From: Verrucomicrobiota bacterium
GTDB lineage: Bacteria > Verrucomicrobiota > Verrucomicrobiia > Limisphaerales > AAA164-E04
Reading direction: 5' to 3'
Length of the DNA: 64,000 bases
Assembly (NCBI GenBank): GCA_047947115.1
Contig: CP170459.1
Location: forward strand, 5,632,001-5,696,000
Shown: one piece after another, positions 1 through 10,310 of the stretch
How the letters are laid out: every line of letters begins with the position of its first letter
Numbering within the stretch: the first letter of the stretch is position 1
Program-made: the position numbers and the translations under genes
The notes under the pieces: generated by a model
What the model saw: only the letters and a program-made list of their open reading frames with translations
The model's database searches: none
Told to the model about the DNA's origin: nothing

Positions 1-273
1 GCGCATCTCCAGTCCATTGTCCCTGAGCAAAGTCGCCAGCTTACGGATCTGATCAGGCGAATCGCCGATAGGTTCAAAACCTTGCACGCCCGTTGACGCC
101 ACAGCGCCAATCCCCTCAGGCCCCTGCTCTGTCCAGTTTCGATCCTTCCGCCGCGCGAAGGTCATCCACGGGTAAACATTGGACGCAATATGAGGAGCCT
201 GTGCGGCAAGCCCTTGAATGGCAAAGGCCGAAGTGGCCATGGTTGCGGTCGTGATAAATTGCCTGCGGTTCAT
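1..273 (-). CDS. Tat-exported sugar phosphate isomerase/epimerase (xylose isomerase-like TIM barrel), truncated at window edge
   Basis: Not in ORF track. Manual translation from ATG 273: MNRRQFITTATMATSAFAIQGLAAQAPHIASNVYPW...VASTGVQGFEP...LLRDNGLEMR. Twin-arginine signal plus a GxxGxE...LxxxGL pattern like the AP_endonuc_2 N-terminus. Confidence 0.65.
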   Translation of the reverse strand, partial: MNRRQFITTATMATSAFAIQGLAAQAPHIASNVYPWMTFARRKDRNWTEQGPEGIGAVASTGVQGFEPIGDSPDQIRKLATLLRDNGLEMR

Positions 274-404
274 ACGGACCATTAGATTCCCATTGAGGAC
301 ATTTTTCAAGCGTGCGATACCGAAACAAGCATGCAAATTGCAGCCAATCGAATCCAAGAAAAGCGACCAACGGTCAAACAACGTTTGGCTCCGAGTCATA
401 AGAA

Positions 405-574
405 CTTTGGATAGGGTCCGCATGCCCGATCGATATGCTTCACATGTAATGGCCTCGATCACCGGTTCGCACGTGTGCAATCAGAGCTTCCGGCAAAGAA
501 AAGAATTGGAAAAGCAGGGATGCCGGAACGTTTCCCTAACCTATCCAAAGCGGCATCGAGTTACCGCAGTCCAA
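405..574. repeat. Degenerate REP-like inverted repeat element
   Basis: ctttggatagg (~405-415) and cctatccaaag (~540-550) are reverse complements; the right arm continues cggcatcgagttaccgcagtccaaa. Confidence 0.4.
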
Positions 575-636
575 AAGGGGCTACAGGTTTGGCCCGCACC
601 TTTCTTTTTACTTTTGTTTTACCAACGAAGCAAACG

Positions 637-655
637 CTCGCACACGCTGTGCGAG
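637..655 (-). terminator. Hairpin downstream of sulfatase-amidohydrolase gene
   Basis: ctcgcaca-cgc-tgtgcgag, 8-bp perfect stem about 40 nt past the stop; U-tract is weak. Confidence 0.35.
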
Positions 656-693
656 ATTAAATCCGCCAGTAACTTATCCCAGTTCGGCCCGCA

Positions 694-3600
694 TCAATAT
701 GAAGGCATATCCACCCAAATCCCGTTCAACATCACAGCGCTCACTTTGTTCAAATCACCCATGTCCTTTGATGGATCACCATCGATCAGAATCAAATCAG
801 CCAGCTTGCCTTTTTCGATTGTTCCAAGGCGGTCCTGGATGTTGAAGAATTCCGCGTTGTGATGCGTTGCTGCCTGGATCAATTCCATGGGAGACAAACC
901 GCATTCTTTCAAAATTTCCAACTCACGCTGATACGCCCTCCCCTTTTCGGCAAATGGAGCGGTTGTGTGGGAGCTCACCACAATTCGAACGCCCGCTTGG
1001 TGACACATGCTCACGAAGCGTTTCATGTTATTGAAGGCTTTTTCTTTTTCTTCGGTTCCATCATTTTCTCCTTGTCGCGCCTCAAAAATAGCCAATGTAG
1101 GCGACACCACCACATCCTTTTCGACAAGCAACTGTATTAAAGATTCGACCCGACTGGACCGTTCCAGATCCAAGGTTGACCATAGCCAATGCCGCAACCT
1201 GCGACGCGCGTTCGAATCTTCCTGAACCGAATCCTTGAAGTGCTTCACATGCTCAGGATCGGCGAGGGCAGTCCCAAAGGAGGTCACGTGTTCGATGCCT
1301 CTCACCCCAGCCCGGATCGCTGCATCGGCATCCACCAGTTCCAAGTGAGCCGTCACCAAAACCCCTTGGTTTCCAGCTTCTTCACAAACAGCCTTCACAT
1401 GTTCCAGTGGCAAACGAAAGTAAACTTTGATGGCTGAAGCCCCCTGGCGAACATGTTCCCGAACAGTTTCCCGGGCGTGTTGAACATCCCGCACCACCAC
1501 TGCTTGATCCGGCCAAACAGGAGGCGGCCCGTCCAGATGTGCTCCGCACAAAAACACTCTGGGAAGCATCCCGTCGAAATCCATCACCGGTTGATAGTAT
1601 TTGAAAGGATGTCCCGGATCGCGAAAAGATGTGATTCCATGGTGTAATTCGTAAGTAACCGGCGTATCGATGTTATACATCGAGTGAAAGTGGGAATCGA
1701 TCAGTCCTGGCATTACACTCTTCCCTGCGGCATCCACTCGCCTGGCTCCAGCGGGAACAGGTACTTTGTCAGCCGATCCTGCTTCGAGAATCGTATCCCC
1801 TCGAATCAGGATCGTGGCGTTCCCGACCGGCTCCCCGCCAAATCCATCGATGAGTCTGCCTCCTACGATGGCGGTGATTTGCTCATCTGATGGCGATAGA
1901 GGAGGATTGATTTCACTGGCAACCCGGTGAAGCTCGATGGAGTGCACATCGATGGCTTCACCTCCAACAATCTGTGGAGCCGTCAAGCGAAGCACCCCAC
2001 GTCCCTCCTTCAAGTGAAGCATCCCGAGCGAAAGAGGCTGAAAATCTTTCACAAAATAATGCGATATTTCAACTCGCTCGGTCGATTTGTCATAGAGCGG
2101 AGGATCGAATAACTCACTCACCGCAGCTTCCACAAACGCCTGGTGTCCCTCCATTGAAAGTCGCACCTTCGTGCCCACATTTTTCTCCGCACAGGTGTAA
2201 AACACGACCGCTTTATAGATCCCCTGTCCTACCACATCCACATCCCAGGTAATCGAATCCTCCTCATGCGTCCAATTCTCAAAAAAGGAATGATTGGGAG
2301 CTTTGGCGCTCCGCTGAATCGTGCCATGTTCCACTCCGTCGCGAGCGGGCAGGACAGTGCGAGGACCGAAGCCAACCGTGAAGGGACGATCCTTGAAGGA
2401 TTCGAATGCCTGACTCATCTCGGCAATGTGCGCCTTCAATGCTTCAGCTAATTGGTGTTTAGTTTCAGGGTAATCCACGGACACATCGACGGTTTGTCCC
2501 CGATCTTTTTCGATATCGAACAATTGTCCGGTCTGATCAAGACGAAATCGCCCGGACCGAACGCTGGCTTTCTTCTGCCATTCACTGAACAACAAGCGCG
2601 GTCGCAACTGAGTCCGCTTTTCAACAAGCAGATCGGCCACACTGCGTCCATCCAAGGGAAATCGGGTTTCCAGCGGAATCCCCGCCAACTGTGCCAAGGT
2701 CGGCAATAAATCAATTGCTCCGGAAACCTGTTCAACCATCTTTCCTCCGGCAATTTTTCCAGGCCAACGCAGGAAAAAAGGAGATCGCACTCCACCTTCA
2801 TCCACCGCTCCCTTTTTCCCCTTCATTCCTCCGTTCCATCGCCATGAATTCGGGCCGTTATCCGAGAAATAAATCACGATCGTATTCTCGCTCAATTGAA
2901 GATCATCCAAACGCTGTAACACCCGGCCTACATTCCAGTCGATATTTTCACACATGGCCAACGCGGCGCGCGTCATCATCACATCTTCCTTATTCGGATC
3001 ACGATGACGCATTCTCGGATCAAGTTCCGCAAATTGATCGTAGAACGCGTCGTCGATCATCATCGGCGAATGAGGCGTGTTATAGGGGATGTAGCAAACA
3101 AAGGGTCTGTCTTGATTTGCGGTGATAAAGTCCAGAGCGTGATCCGTGAAATCATCCGCCACGTACCCCTTGCCTCTCACTTTTTTCCCATTGTGTTCCA
3201 ACGGCGGGCTGAAGTAATGCCCCCAGTGCCCGGAAGTAAAACCATAAAACTCATCGAATCCGCGATCATTAGGATGATAGGGAGATTGAGTCCCGTTATG
3301 CCATTTTCCAAAAGCACCCGTTGCATAACCGGCACGCTTGAACACGTCGGCGAGTGTGGTTTCCTCCGGATTCAAACGCTCCTCCCCCCGACTGACACCG
3401 CTAACACCGGTTCGGGGATGGTATCTTCCAGTCAAAAACTCCGCTCGCGTCGGCGCGCAAACAGCGCAGACATAAAAATGATTCAAGGTCACTCCATCTC
3501 GGGCCAACGAATCGATATGTGGCGTGGATAAATTAGTGTTTCCGTTCACACTCAAATCCCCCCACCCTTGATCGTCGGCCAGAAAGATAAGGATGTTGGG

Positions 3601-3726
3601 GTGTTTTTGGGATGCCGCCAGCGAGATGGGCCCAACGTTGAGCCATACCATGAAAGCCAACAGAAAGCATGTCAGGTTAAGCATGCACAATGAACAGCGC
3701 CTGAAAGCCGTAGAGAAATGATGCAT
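694..3726 (-). CDS. Arylsulfatase fused to a C-terminal amidohydrolase-family domain
   Basis: Signal peptide; PNILIFLADDQG, CAPTRAEFLTG (formylglycine motif), GKWH, SDNG; after ~aa 610 IVGGRLIDG, MPGLIDSHFH, IKVY, TAH, IEH, LGTIEKGKLADLILIDGDP. Confidence 0.88.
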   Translation of the reverse strand: MHHFSTAFRRCSLCMLNLTCFLLAFMVWLNVGPISLAASQKHPNILIFLADDQGWGDLSVNGNTNLSTPHIDSLARDGVTLNHFYVCAVCAPTRAEFLTGRYHPRTGVSGVSRGEERLNPEETTLADVFKRAGYATGAFGKWHNGTQSPYHPNDRGFDEFYGFTSGHWGHYFSPPLEHNGKKVRGKGYVADDFTDHALDFITANQDRPFVCYIPYNTPHSPMMIDDAFYDQFAELDPRMRHRDPNKEDVMMTRAALAMCENIDWNVGRVLQRLDDLQLSENTIVIYFSDNGPNSWRWNGGMKGKKGAVDEGGVRSPFFLRWPGKIAGGKMVEQVSGAIDLLPTLAQLAGIPLETRFPLDGRSVADLLVEKRTQLRPRLLFSEWQKKASVRSGRFRLDQTGQLFDIEKDRGQTVDVSVDYPETKHQLAEALKAHIAEMSQAFESFKDRPFTVGFGPRTVLPARDGVEHGTIQRSAKAPNHSFFENWTHEEDSITWDVDVVGQGIYKAVVFYTCAEKNVGTKVRLSMEGHQAFVEAAVSELFDPPLYDKSTERVEISHYFVKDFQPLSLGMLHLKEGRGVLRLTAPQIVGGEAIDVHSIELHRVASEINPPLSPSDEQITAIVGGRLIDGFGGEPVGNATILIRGDTILEAGSADKVPVPAGARRVDAAGKSVMPGLIDSHFHSMYNIDTPVTYELHHGITSFRDPGHPFKYYQPVMDFDGMLPRVFLCGAHLDGPPPVWPDQAVVVRDVQHARETVREHVRQGASAIKVYFRLPLEHVKAVCEEAGNQGVLVTAHLELVDADAAIRAGVRGIEHVTSFGTALADPEHVKHFKDSVQEDSNARRRLRHWLWSTLDLERSSRVESLIQLLVEKDVVVSPTLAIFEARQGENDGTEEKEKAFNNMKRFVSMCHQAGVRIVVSSHTTAPFAEKGRAYQRELEILKECGLSPMELIQAATHHNAEFFNIQDRLGTIEKGKLADLILIDGDPSKDMGDLNKVSAVMLNGIWVDMPSY

Positions 3727-3733
3727 GCAGATA

Positions 3734-3761
3734 ATTATGAAGCAACCCTCTGAACGGTCAA
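3734..3761 (-). promoter_or_regulatory. Putative sigma70 promoter
   Basis: Minus strand TTGACC-N16-CATAAT, 7 nt before ATG 3726. Confidence 0.4.
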
Positions 3762-3871
3762 CGCCTCAATCAGAAAGCGCAACTGTCCCCACCTCCAAAC
3801 AGCCAATCAATGACTCATCCGTTGAACTTGCTTAAATCCGTGGTCTTGATAACCTCAGTCCATAGCTTCTC

Positions 3872-6610
3872 ATGAAAACGCGATGGCCACGAATTCTTTT
3901 TTGCTTATTGTTCATAACCAACGGAATATCACGCGCGGCGAATGCCCCGAACGAGGGCGAAAAGTTGTTCGCGTTAAAAGTGAAACCTCTCTTCGCAGAG
4001 AAATGTTTGGCCTGTCATGGCAACGATCCTGACAACATCAAAGGAGGCTTCGACATGCGGACCCGCCCTGCCATGTTGAGAGGTGGCGACACCTTTCTGA
4101 ACGACGCACTGATACCGGGCAAGGGAGAAGAAAGTTACCTTTACATACTATCAACCCGCACTGAGGAAGATTATGAGATGCCCCCAAAGGAAGCGGATCA
4201 ACTCACCCAAGAGCAAACCTGGTGGATCCGGGACTGGATCAATGCCGGAGCACCCTGGCCGGATGAGAATCGTGTGGCAGGAATCCAATCGGAATTCGGC
4301 GAAGGCGTCCAGGTTGTCACTTCGGGTGGGCTTTCCGATGATTGGGACAACCGACGTTACCTAAAGGAAGACCTTTGGGCCTACCAACCGTTGAATCCCG
4401 GTGAACACGATCACATTGACGCCTTCATCGAAGCTAAGTTAAACGAAGCCCAACTTCCCCCCGCTCCTGCAGCGGATGCGCGCACACTCATACGACGAGC
4501 AACTTTCGACCTGACAGGCCTGCCTCCAACTCCCGAGGAAGTCGAAGCCTTCGAATCAGCCTACGCAACGGACGCAGAAGCCTGGCCTAAATTAATCGAT
4601 CGACTGCTCTCCAGTCCACACTACGGCGAACAATGGGCGCGCCATTGGCTGGACGTTGTACGCTATGCCGACAGTTCAGGTTATGCCAACGATTGGGAAC
4701 GTCCGAATGCGTGGCGGTACCGGGATTATGTCATTCGCAGTTTCAATTCCGACAAACCCTACGACCAATTCATCCGTGAACAGATCGCGGGAGACGAAAT
4801 CGGGAAGCGGGATGATGTTGAAATGTTGATCGCGACCGGATTCCTTCGAATGGGAGCCTGGGAACATACGGGCATGAGCGTTGCCAAGGTCACGCGCCAA
4901 TTGTTTCTGGACGACGTGACGGATTCGGTCAGCCAGGTTTTTCTTGGGCATGCCCTGCGCTGCGCAAAATGCCATGACCACAAATTTGATCCGGTGCCCA
5001 CCAGGGACTACTACGCCTTTCAGGCCAACTTTGCCACCACCCAGTTCGTGGAACAACCCACCGAATGGTTGCCGGATGAAAACATCTCAGGACTGGAGGA
5101 GGACCGGCGCTATCACCTCATGCGCCGGGAAGCCAATCAGGAACGGCTGGATGCACTGGACGATTTGCAAAAGCGATACCAGGCCAAATGGTTTGCAGAA
5201 CGCAATCTCCCCTACCCATCCGTGGTCGAAGCCAGAAAGGCGGGAGAGACCAACCTACCGAAAGGTCGATTGTTTGAAAAACCGGAGGAATTCGGAGCCG
5301 AACGTATCGAGCGTAAATGGAAAGCACGATTCGACTGGGAAATGGATCGATACAAACCCGTCGTGTTCACCGTTTACAACGGCAAAACACGCTCCGCAAA
5401 AAATCAAAGCGGTCCCCTCCGCATGCCTGAGAACCCAATGGACCAGGGTGAACTGGAACAAACAAGCATTCTGGACAACGGGGATATATTTGCTCCGACG
5501 GAACCGGTTGCCCCTGGTGTCATCAGCGCGCTCCAATCAGGACCGGAAGCCAGCATACCCCAAGCAGTCGAAGGGAGGCGCTCAGCACTGGCAGACTGGA
5601 TAGCCAGCCCTGACAATCCCCTGACCTCGCGTGCCATTGTCAACCGCATCTGGCAATACCACTTCGGCAAAGCCATCGCGCAAAACCCAAACAACTTTGG
5701 CGCTACCGGCAAAAAACCGACCCATCCCGAACTATTGGACCGCTTGGCCAAACAATTTGTTGAGCAGGGATGGTCCATCAAAAAGCTGCATCGCACCATC
5801 ATGATGTCCAAAGCATACCAACGCGCCTCGACACATCCGGACCTACAACAACTCAACGCAAAGGACAGCGCACGCAACCTTTACGCGGTGTTCCAGCCAA
5901 AACGCCTGGCGGCCGAAGAACTGAGAGATGCCATGCTGGCCGTTTCGGGCGAACTCAATCCGGAAATGGGCGGCATCCCGGTCCGACCCGACATCAACCT
6001 CGAAGCGGCCCTCCAACCACGCATGATCATGGGAACCTTTGCACCCAGCTACGTTCCGAATCCAAAACCCGAGCAACGTAATCGACGGACCATTTACGCC
6101 CACAAAACCCGTGGTCACAGGGATCCCTTTTTGGAAACATTCAATCAACCCAACACCGAACTCTCCTGCGAAATGCGCGACAATTCCAACATCACGCCCC
6201 AGGCCTTCACGCTTTTCAACGGCGAAGAAACACGCGACCGATCCCTTGCCTTTGCATCTCGCGTGCTCAATGAAACGAATGATGACGAACAGGCCATTCA
6301 ACGCGCCTTTAGACTGGCGTTCGGACGCGATCCCTCTTCCCGGGAATTGCGCGTGTCGCTCGATCATTGGAAACTAATGACGAAACAGCAAACCGCACTG
6401 AACTTCGAACCACAGGTTTTTCCCACCGAAGTCATCCGAGAAGCCCAGGAAGAAAACACCGGCGAAAACTTCGAGTTCACCGAAACTCTTTTCGTTTTCA
6501 AAGACTACATCCCGGACCTTCAACCACATCAACTGAACGCCAAAACGCGCGCGCTGGCAGACATATGCCTGGCTCTATTGAATGCCAACGAATTCATATA
6601 CATCGACTAA
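3872..6610 (+). CDS. Planctomycete cytochrome c / DUF1549 / DUF1553 (PSD1) protein
   Basis: Signal peptide; VKPLFAEKCLACHG...MPP...IRDWINAGAPW; LIRRATFDLTGLPP, YGEQWARHWLDVVRYADS, CAKCHDHKFDP, NPLTSRAIVNRIW, HPELLD, terminal NEFIYID. Confidence 0.92.
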   Translation: MKTRWPRILFCLLFITNGISRAANAPNEGEKLFALKVKPLFAEKCLACHGNDPDNIKGGFDMRTRPAMLRGGDTFLNDALIPGKGEESYLYILSTRTEEDYEMPPKEADQLTQEQTWWIRDWINAGAPWPDENRVAGIQSEFGEGVQVVTSGGLSDDWDNRRYLKEDLWAYQPLNPGEHDHIDAFIEAKLNEAQLPPAPAADARTLIRRATFDLTGLPPTPEEVEAFESAYATDAEAWPKLIDRLLSSPHYGEQWARHWLDVVRYADSSGYANDWERPNAWRYRDYVIRSFNSDKPYDQFIREQIAGDEIGKRDDVEMLIATGFLRMGAWEHTGMSVAKVTRQLFLDDVTDSVSQVFLGHALRCAKCHDHKFDPVPTRDYYAFQANFATTQFVEQPTEWLPDENISGLEEDRRYHLMRREANQERLDALDDLQKRYQAKWFAERNLPYPSVVEARKAGETNLPKGRLFEKPEEFGAERIERKWKARFDWEMDRYKPVVFTVYNGKTRSAKNQSGPLRMPENPMDQGELEQTSILDNGDIFAPTEPVAPGVISALQSGPEASIPQAVEGRRSALADWIASPDNPLTSRAIVNRIWQYHFGKAIAQNPNNFGATGKKPTHPELLDRLAKQFVEQGWSIKKLHRTIMMSKAYQRASTHPDLQQLNAKDSARNLYAVFQPKRLAAEELRDAMLAVSGELNPEMGGIPVRPDINLEAALQPRMIMGTFAPSYVPNPKPEQRNRRTIYAHKTRGHRDPFLETFNQPNTELSCEMRDNSNITPQAFTLFNGEETRDRSLAFASRVLNETNDDEQAIQRAFRLAFGRDPSSRELRVSLDHWKLMTKQQTALNFEPQVFPTEVIREAQEENTGENFEFTETLFVFKDYIPDLQPHQLNAKTRALADICLALLNANEFIYID

Positions 6611-6615
6611 TCAAC

Positions 6616-8007
6616 ATGAACACCCGACGCGATTTCCTCTACGGCCTGACAACCAGTCTGGGCAGCCTCGCCTTTACCTCGATGCTGAAACAGGAAGCCA
6701 GGGCCTACCCCGGTCCCGGCGCGCGCAAGATTCATCACCCCAAAGCCAAGGCGAAACACTGCATCTTCCTGTACATGGAAGGCGGGCCGTCCCACATCGA
6801 CACCTTCGATCCCAAACCCAAATTGAATGAACTCCACCTGCAGGAGTTCACGCGCAACGGCGAAAAGCAATCCGCTATGTCCAGCGGCAAACGTTATTAC
6901 GTCCAATCCCCTTTCGAGTTCATCAAAGCAGGCCAATCCGGCGCGGACATGTGCACGCTTTGGAAACATTTGAAGGGAGTGGCGGATGAGATGTGTTTTT
7001 ACCGTGGCATGCAGGTTGATTCGGTAAATCACCCCACCGCCAACTACCAGGCCAATACCGGCAACCGTTTTGGTGGCGATCCGGGGATTGGAGCCTGGGT
7101 GACTTACGGACTGGGGTCGGAAAACAAAGACTTACCTGGATTCATTGTTCTCCCTGAACGTGCCTACCCTCAGGGAGGCGCTGCAAACTGGGGTAATGGA
7201 TACCTGCCGACGAGTTTTCAGGGAACACCGCTTCGCCCCAAAGGTTCTCCCATTCTCGACATTCATCCACCGGCGGGGATCACACCCTCGCACCAACGAA
7301 AGAATCTGGACTACCTCAACCAGCTCAATCAAATCCATGCGAACCAGCACCCGCAAAACGATGAACTGAAAACACGCATGCAAAATTACGAACTCGCGTT
7401 TCGCATGCAATCCCAAGTACCGGACGTGGTCAACATCAACTCCGAATCAGACCACATCAAAAAACTCTATGGTATCGGTGATCAAGTGACGGACGAGTTC
7501 GGACGCCGCTGCCTGCTTGCTCGAAAGCTTGTGGAAAAAGGAGTTCGTTTCGTTCAAGTCTATGCAAGCACCTGGGATTCCCACGACTACATCGCAAAAG
7601 CCCATGGATCGCTTATTCCGCGAGTGGACAAGCCCATTTCGGGTTTGATCCAGGATCTCAGACAACGTGGTCTGCTCGATGAAACCCTCATTGTCTGGAT
7701 GGGGGAATTCGGCCGTACCCCCGACAACGGTGTCCGTGGGGGAGGCGTCGCCTACGGACGCGATCATAACCCAAATGCCATGACCGTCTGGATGGCCGGA
7801 GGCGGCGTCAACGCAGGCCACACCATCGGCGCCACCGACGAGATCGGCGACACCGCCGTGGAAGAAGTGCACCACATTCGCGATTTCCACATCACCCTGC
7901 TGAGACTGCTGGGGCTGGATGACAACAAGCTCACCTATTTCCACGCCGGCCGATTCAAACAACTCTCTCAGTTCGGAGGAAAAGTCATCGACAACCTGAT
8001 CGGCTGA
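6616..8007 (+). CDS. DUF1501 family protein (Tat-exported, sulfatase-like fold)
   Basis: Start moved to ATG 6616 (MNTRRDFL), 5 nt after upstream stop; IFLYMEGGPSHIDTFDPKP, YELAFRMQ, CLLARKLVEKGVRFV, WDSH, GEFGRTP, GRDHNP. Confidence 0.92.
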   Translation: MNTRRDFLYGLTTSLGSLAFTSMLKQEARAYPGPGARKIHHPKAKAKHCIFLYMEGGPSHIDTFDPKPKLNELHLQEFTRNGEKQSAMSSGKRYYVQSPFEFIKAGQSGADMCTLWKHLKGVADEMCFYRGMQVDSVNHPTANYQANTGNRFGGDPGIGAWVTYGLGSENKDLPGFIVLPERAYPQGGAANWGNGYLPTSFQGTPLRPKGSPILDIHPPAGITPSHQRKNLDYLNQLNQIHANQHPQNDELKTRMQNYELAFRMQSQVPDVVNINSESDHIKKLYGIGDQVTDEFGRRCLLARKLVEKGVRFVQVYASTWDSHDYIAKAHGSLIPRVDKPISGLIQDLRQRGLLDETLIVWMGEFGRTPDNGVRGGGVAYGRDHNPNAMTVWMAGGGVNAGHTIGATDEIGDTAVEEVHHIRDFHITLLRLLGLDDNKLTYFHAGRFKQLSQFGGKVIDNLIG

Positions 8008-8153
8008 TTAACCAGCCGCAATCTGAATCTCAAAGATGAACAACCCTTCCCACCAATGATGACTGCACTGGCCAGCCACTTCATTGCAGTATAGCAAGGA
8101 ATGCGGATGTATGCCTATGATCTTGATACCTGTTAGGTCAAACTATTTGCCAC

Positions 8154-9953
8154 TTATGGCTGCAAGTTCTCGGAAGTCTTTCCTTCAGTCATTTTTGACA
8201 TCGCCGAATCCAGATTGAATTGGTCACGTTGACGGTTTGAGGGATCTCCATGCTGAAGCGCCAGTCTGAAATGATGAACTGCCGATTCATACAATCCCTC
8301 CTCCTCAAGCAGCAACCCTAAATTACAGTGAGCGTTGGCATGAGCAGGATTCTTTTCAAGCGCTTGTTGATAATGAGTTTTAGCTTCATAACTCCGCCCA
8401 ACGAGGTGAGCGGCCAATCCTGCTTGATATTGCATCGATATGCTGTCTGGGGCAATCTCAAGTCCCTTGAGGATGGCCTGGTATGCTGCCTGATGTTTTC
8501 CTGCCCACCCGAACACTTTAGAAAGGTTCATCATTGCCACACCGTGCTCTCCCGGCTCGATACCACTTAATACGTCCTGAGTCACAGCAGTGATACTTTG
8601 CTCATTCCACAAGGGTTTGATCCAGCCTTCTGATTCCAATGTTCTAATAATTTCAAGAGCAAGTAGGCGGTTGGATTCAATGGTCGGATGTACATGATCC
8701 AGAAATACGGATGCACCTGGAATGCCGTTGGGGGAATGGGTTTCTTGTATCTTGATGAAATCCACGATGGGAATGTTATACTCCTTCCCAACTTGCCGGA
8801 TGATTTCAGAAACAGGACTCAAGGCTCGCAGTGGGCAGACATCCTCATCTTTGGCTTTCATGTAAGATTCTTTGGCTTTATAAAACTTCCCGGTTGCTTC
8901 CAATGCTCTGCCTTTTGAGAAATGGAGCAAAGCTGGCATGGGATCAATTTTCTCAGCTTCTTCCAAAGCAGCGAAAGTAACCACAGGATCCCTCCGTTCA
9001 AAAGCATCACGGGCTCGATCATAGTGGGATTGCCATGTTTGCTGCTCTTCTTTGGAAAGAGAACTGTCAAAACTGCTCTTGAAAGGTGTAACATCCCGCA
9101 AATTACTCGATGGATTGACGAATACGACTTTTGCACCGACTGAGGTGGCGATATCCACCATGCGATGTAAGTTAAACTCAAAATGCTTAAGCACTTTTTC
9201 TTGTCCGTCCTTGTCGCGTTTATAAGTGTCGGGACCTTTTGTGTGATCCAAAATAGCGTCAACATCACCTTTGAGTAGTTTTGATACTGACTTGTCTTCC
9301 TGTCCGGACCGGATCCAAGGATTAACCGCACGTTTTAAAAGAGTCGCTGAACGCAAGCGCCGGGCAAATCTGGTCAAAGGCTTCAAGGAATTCGGAATTT
9401 GAGGGAGTTTATGATAAATCCGATCTTCAAGAAATTCATTGTGCCCCGTATATACCACAAAAAGATCCGGTTGGTATTCACTCAGTTCTTCCATTAATTT
9501 CGCTACTCGATAGCTCGCGTAACTCACCCCGCCCGCGTTGATAACTTCGATTTCCTTGTCGGGCACCATGACCTTCAAAAAAGCCCTCATCCAACCATTG
9601 AAGGAAGTTTGATCCCGATAAGGTCGTCCGAATGTAGTGGAGCCACCCATTGAGAAGATTCTGAAAACATTATTTTGTTTATCTCGTGCGAAGCTTTGTT
9701 GATTAAACAATTGGAGACGTTGAGGTAAAGTTTCCAGATGAGTCCCCGATTCAACAAACAAGCGCGAAGTTGATTCAAATCCCACATATGGATCGGGCAT
9801 AAAAGATTCTGGTTTGACTCCTAGCAGCAGTAGAATCAGTTCAATAAGCCCGAAACTCAACAAAATGGCTACACCGGAAAATATAAGACGTTTAAGCAAA
9901 CTCAATCTCGGATGGGATGGTTGATTTTCAACGTGACTTTTGTGTTTGCTCAT
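8154..9953 (-). CDS. Membrane-anchored SGNH/GDSL hydrolase with TPR repeats
   Basis: N-terminal TM helix; GGSTT (block I), INAG (II), GHNE (III), DHVHP (V); TPR-like helices such as AHCNLGLLLEEEGLYESAVHHFRLAL. Confidence 0.85.
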   Translation of the reverse strand: MSKHKSHVENQPSHPRLSLLKRLIFSGVAILLSFGLIELILLLLGVKPESFMPDPYVGFESTSRLFVESGTHLETLPQRLQLFNQQSFARDKQNNVFRIFSMGGSTTFGRPYRDQTSFNGWMRAFLKVMVPDKEIEVINAGGVSYASYRVAKLMEELSEYQPDLFVVYTGHNEFLEDRIYHKLPQIPNSLKPLTRFARRLRSATLLKRAVNPWIRSGQEDKSVSKLLKGDVDAILDHTKGPDTYKRDKDGQEKVLKHFEFNLHRMVDIATSVGAKVVFVNPSSNLRDVTPFKSSFDSSLSKEEQQTWQSHYDRARDAFERRDPVVTFAALEEAEKIDPMPALLHFSKGRALEATGKFYKAKESYMKAKDEDVCPLRALSPVSEIIRQVGKEYNIPIVDFIKIQETHSPNGIPGASVFLDHVHPTIESNRLLALEIIRTLESEGWIKPLWNEQSITAVTQDVLSGIEPGEHGVAMMNLSKVFGWAGKHQAAYQAILKGLEIAPDSISMQYQAGLAAHLVGRSYEAKTHYQQALEKNPAHANAHCNLGLLLEEEGLYESAVHHFRLALQHGDPSNRQRDQFNLDSAMSKMTEGKTSENLQP

Positions 9954-9964
9954 AGGAGCTGCAC

Positions 9965-9994
9965 ATTATCGTTCCCGGGCAATTTTCTTGTCAA
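9965..9994 (-). promoter_or_regulatory. Putative sigma70 promoter of the SGNH-TPR gene
   Basis: Minus strand TTGACA-N18-GATAAT, 11 nt before ATG 9953. Confidence 0.5.
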
Positions 9995-10310
9995 TCCAAT
10001 TGATTTCCCCGCTTTTGACAGACTACTCATTCACAACCAAAAAGCTATGAATGTCTAGTCGGCAAAAGGCGGTCTCAACTCAGGTCAACCAAAAACGCCA
10101 ACAACAAAACCAAAGACAGCGCCGAGCAAAAAACTTGTTACAATCCATACAAGCGAGGAACCCTGGTCGCGTCAGCTTTGAACATTCCAGATCGCATAAA
10201 CCTCCCTATTTCAATCGCCCAGAGGCATGATAAACGTTCACAAGCACCCACCACCCCTGGATGCAGGAATCACCTCTGCGAGAGGGAGTCCCTTACACGT
10301 CACACTCCCC

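Noticed and set aside
218..862. 214-aa + strand ORF
   Set aside because: Overlaps two better-supported minus-strand genes and a repeat-containing spacer; no motifs.
6367..6615. N-terminal extension of the DUF1501 ORF
   Set aside because: Overlaps the upstream gene; the Tat signal starts at 6616.
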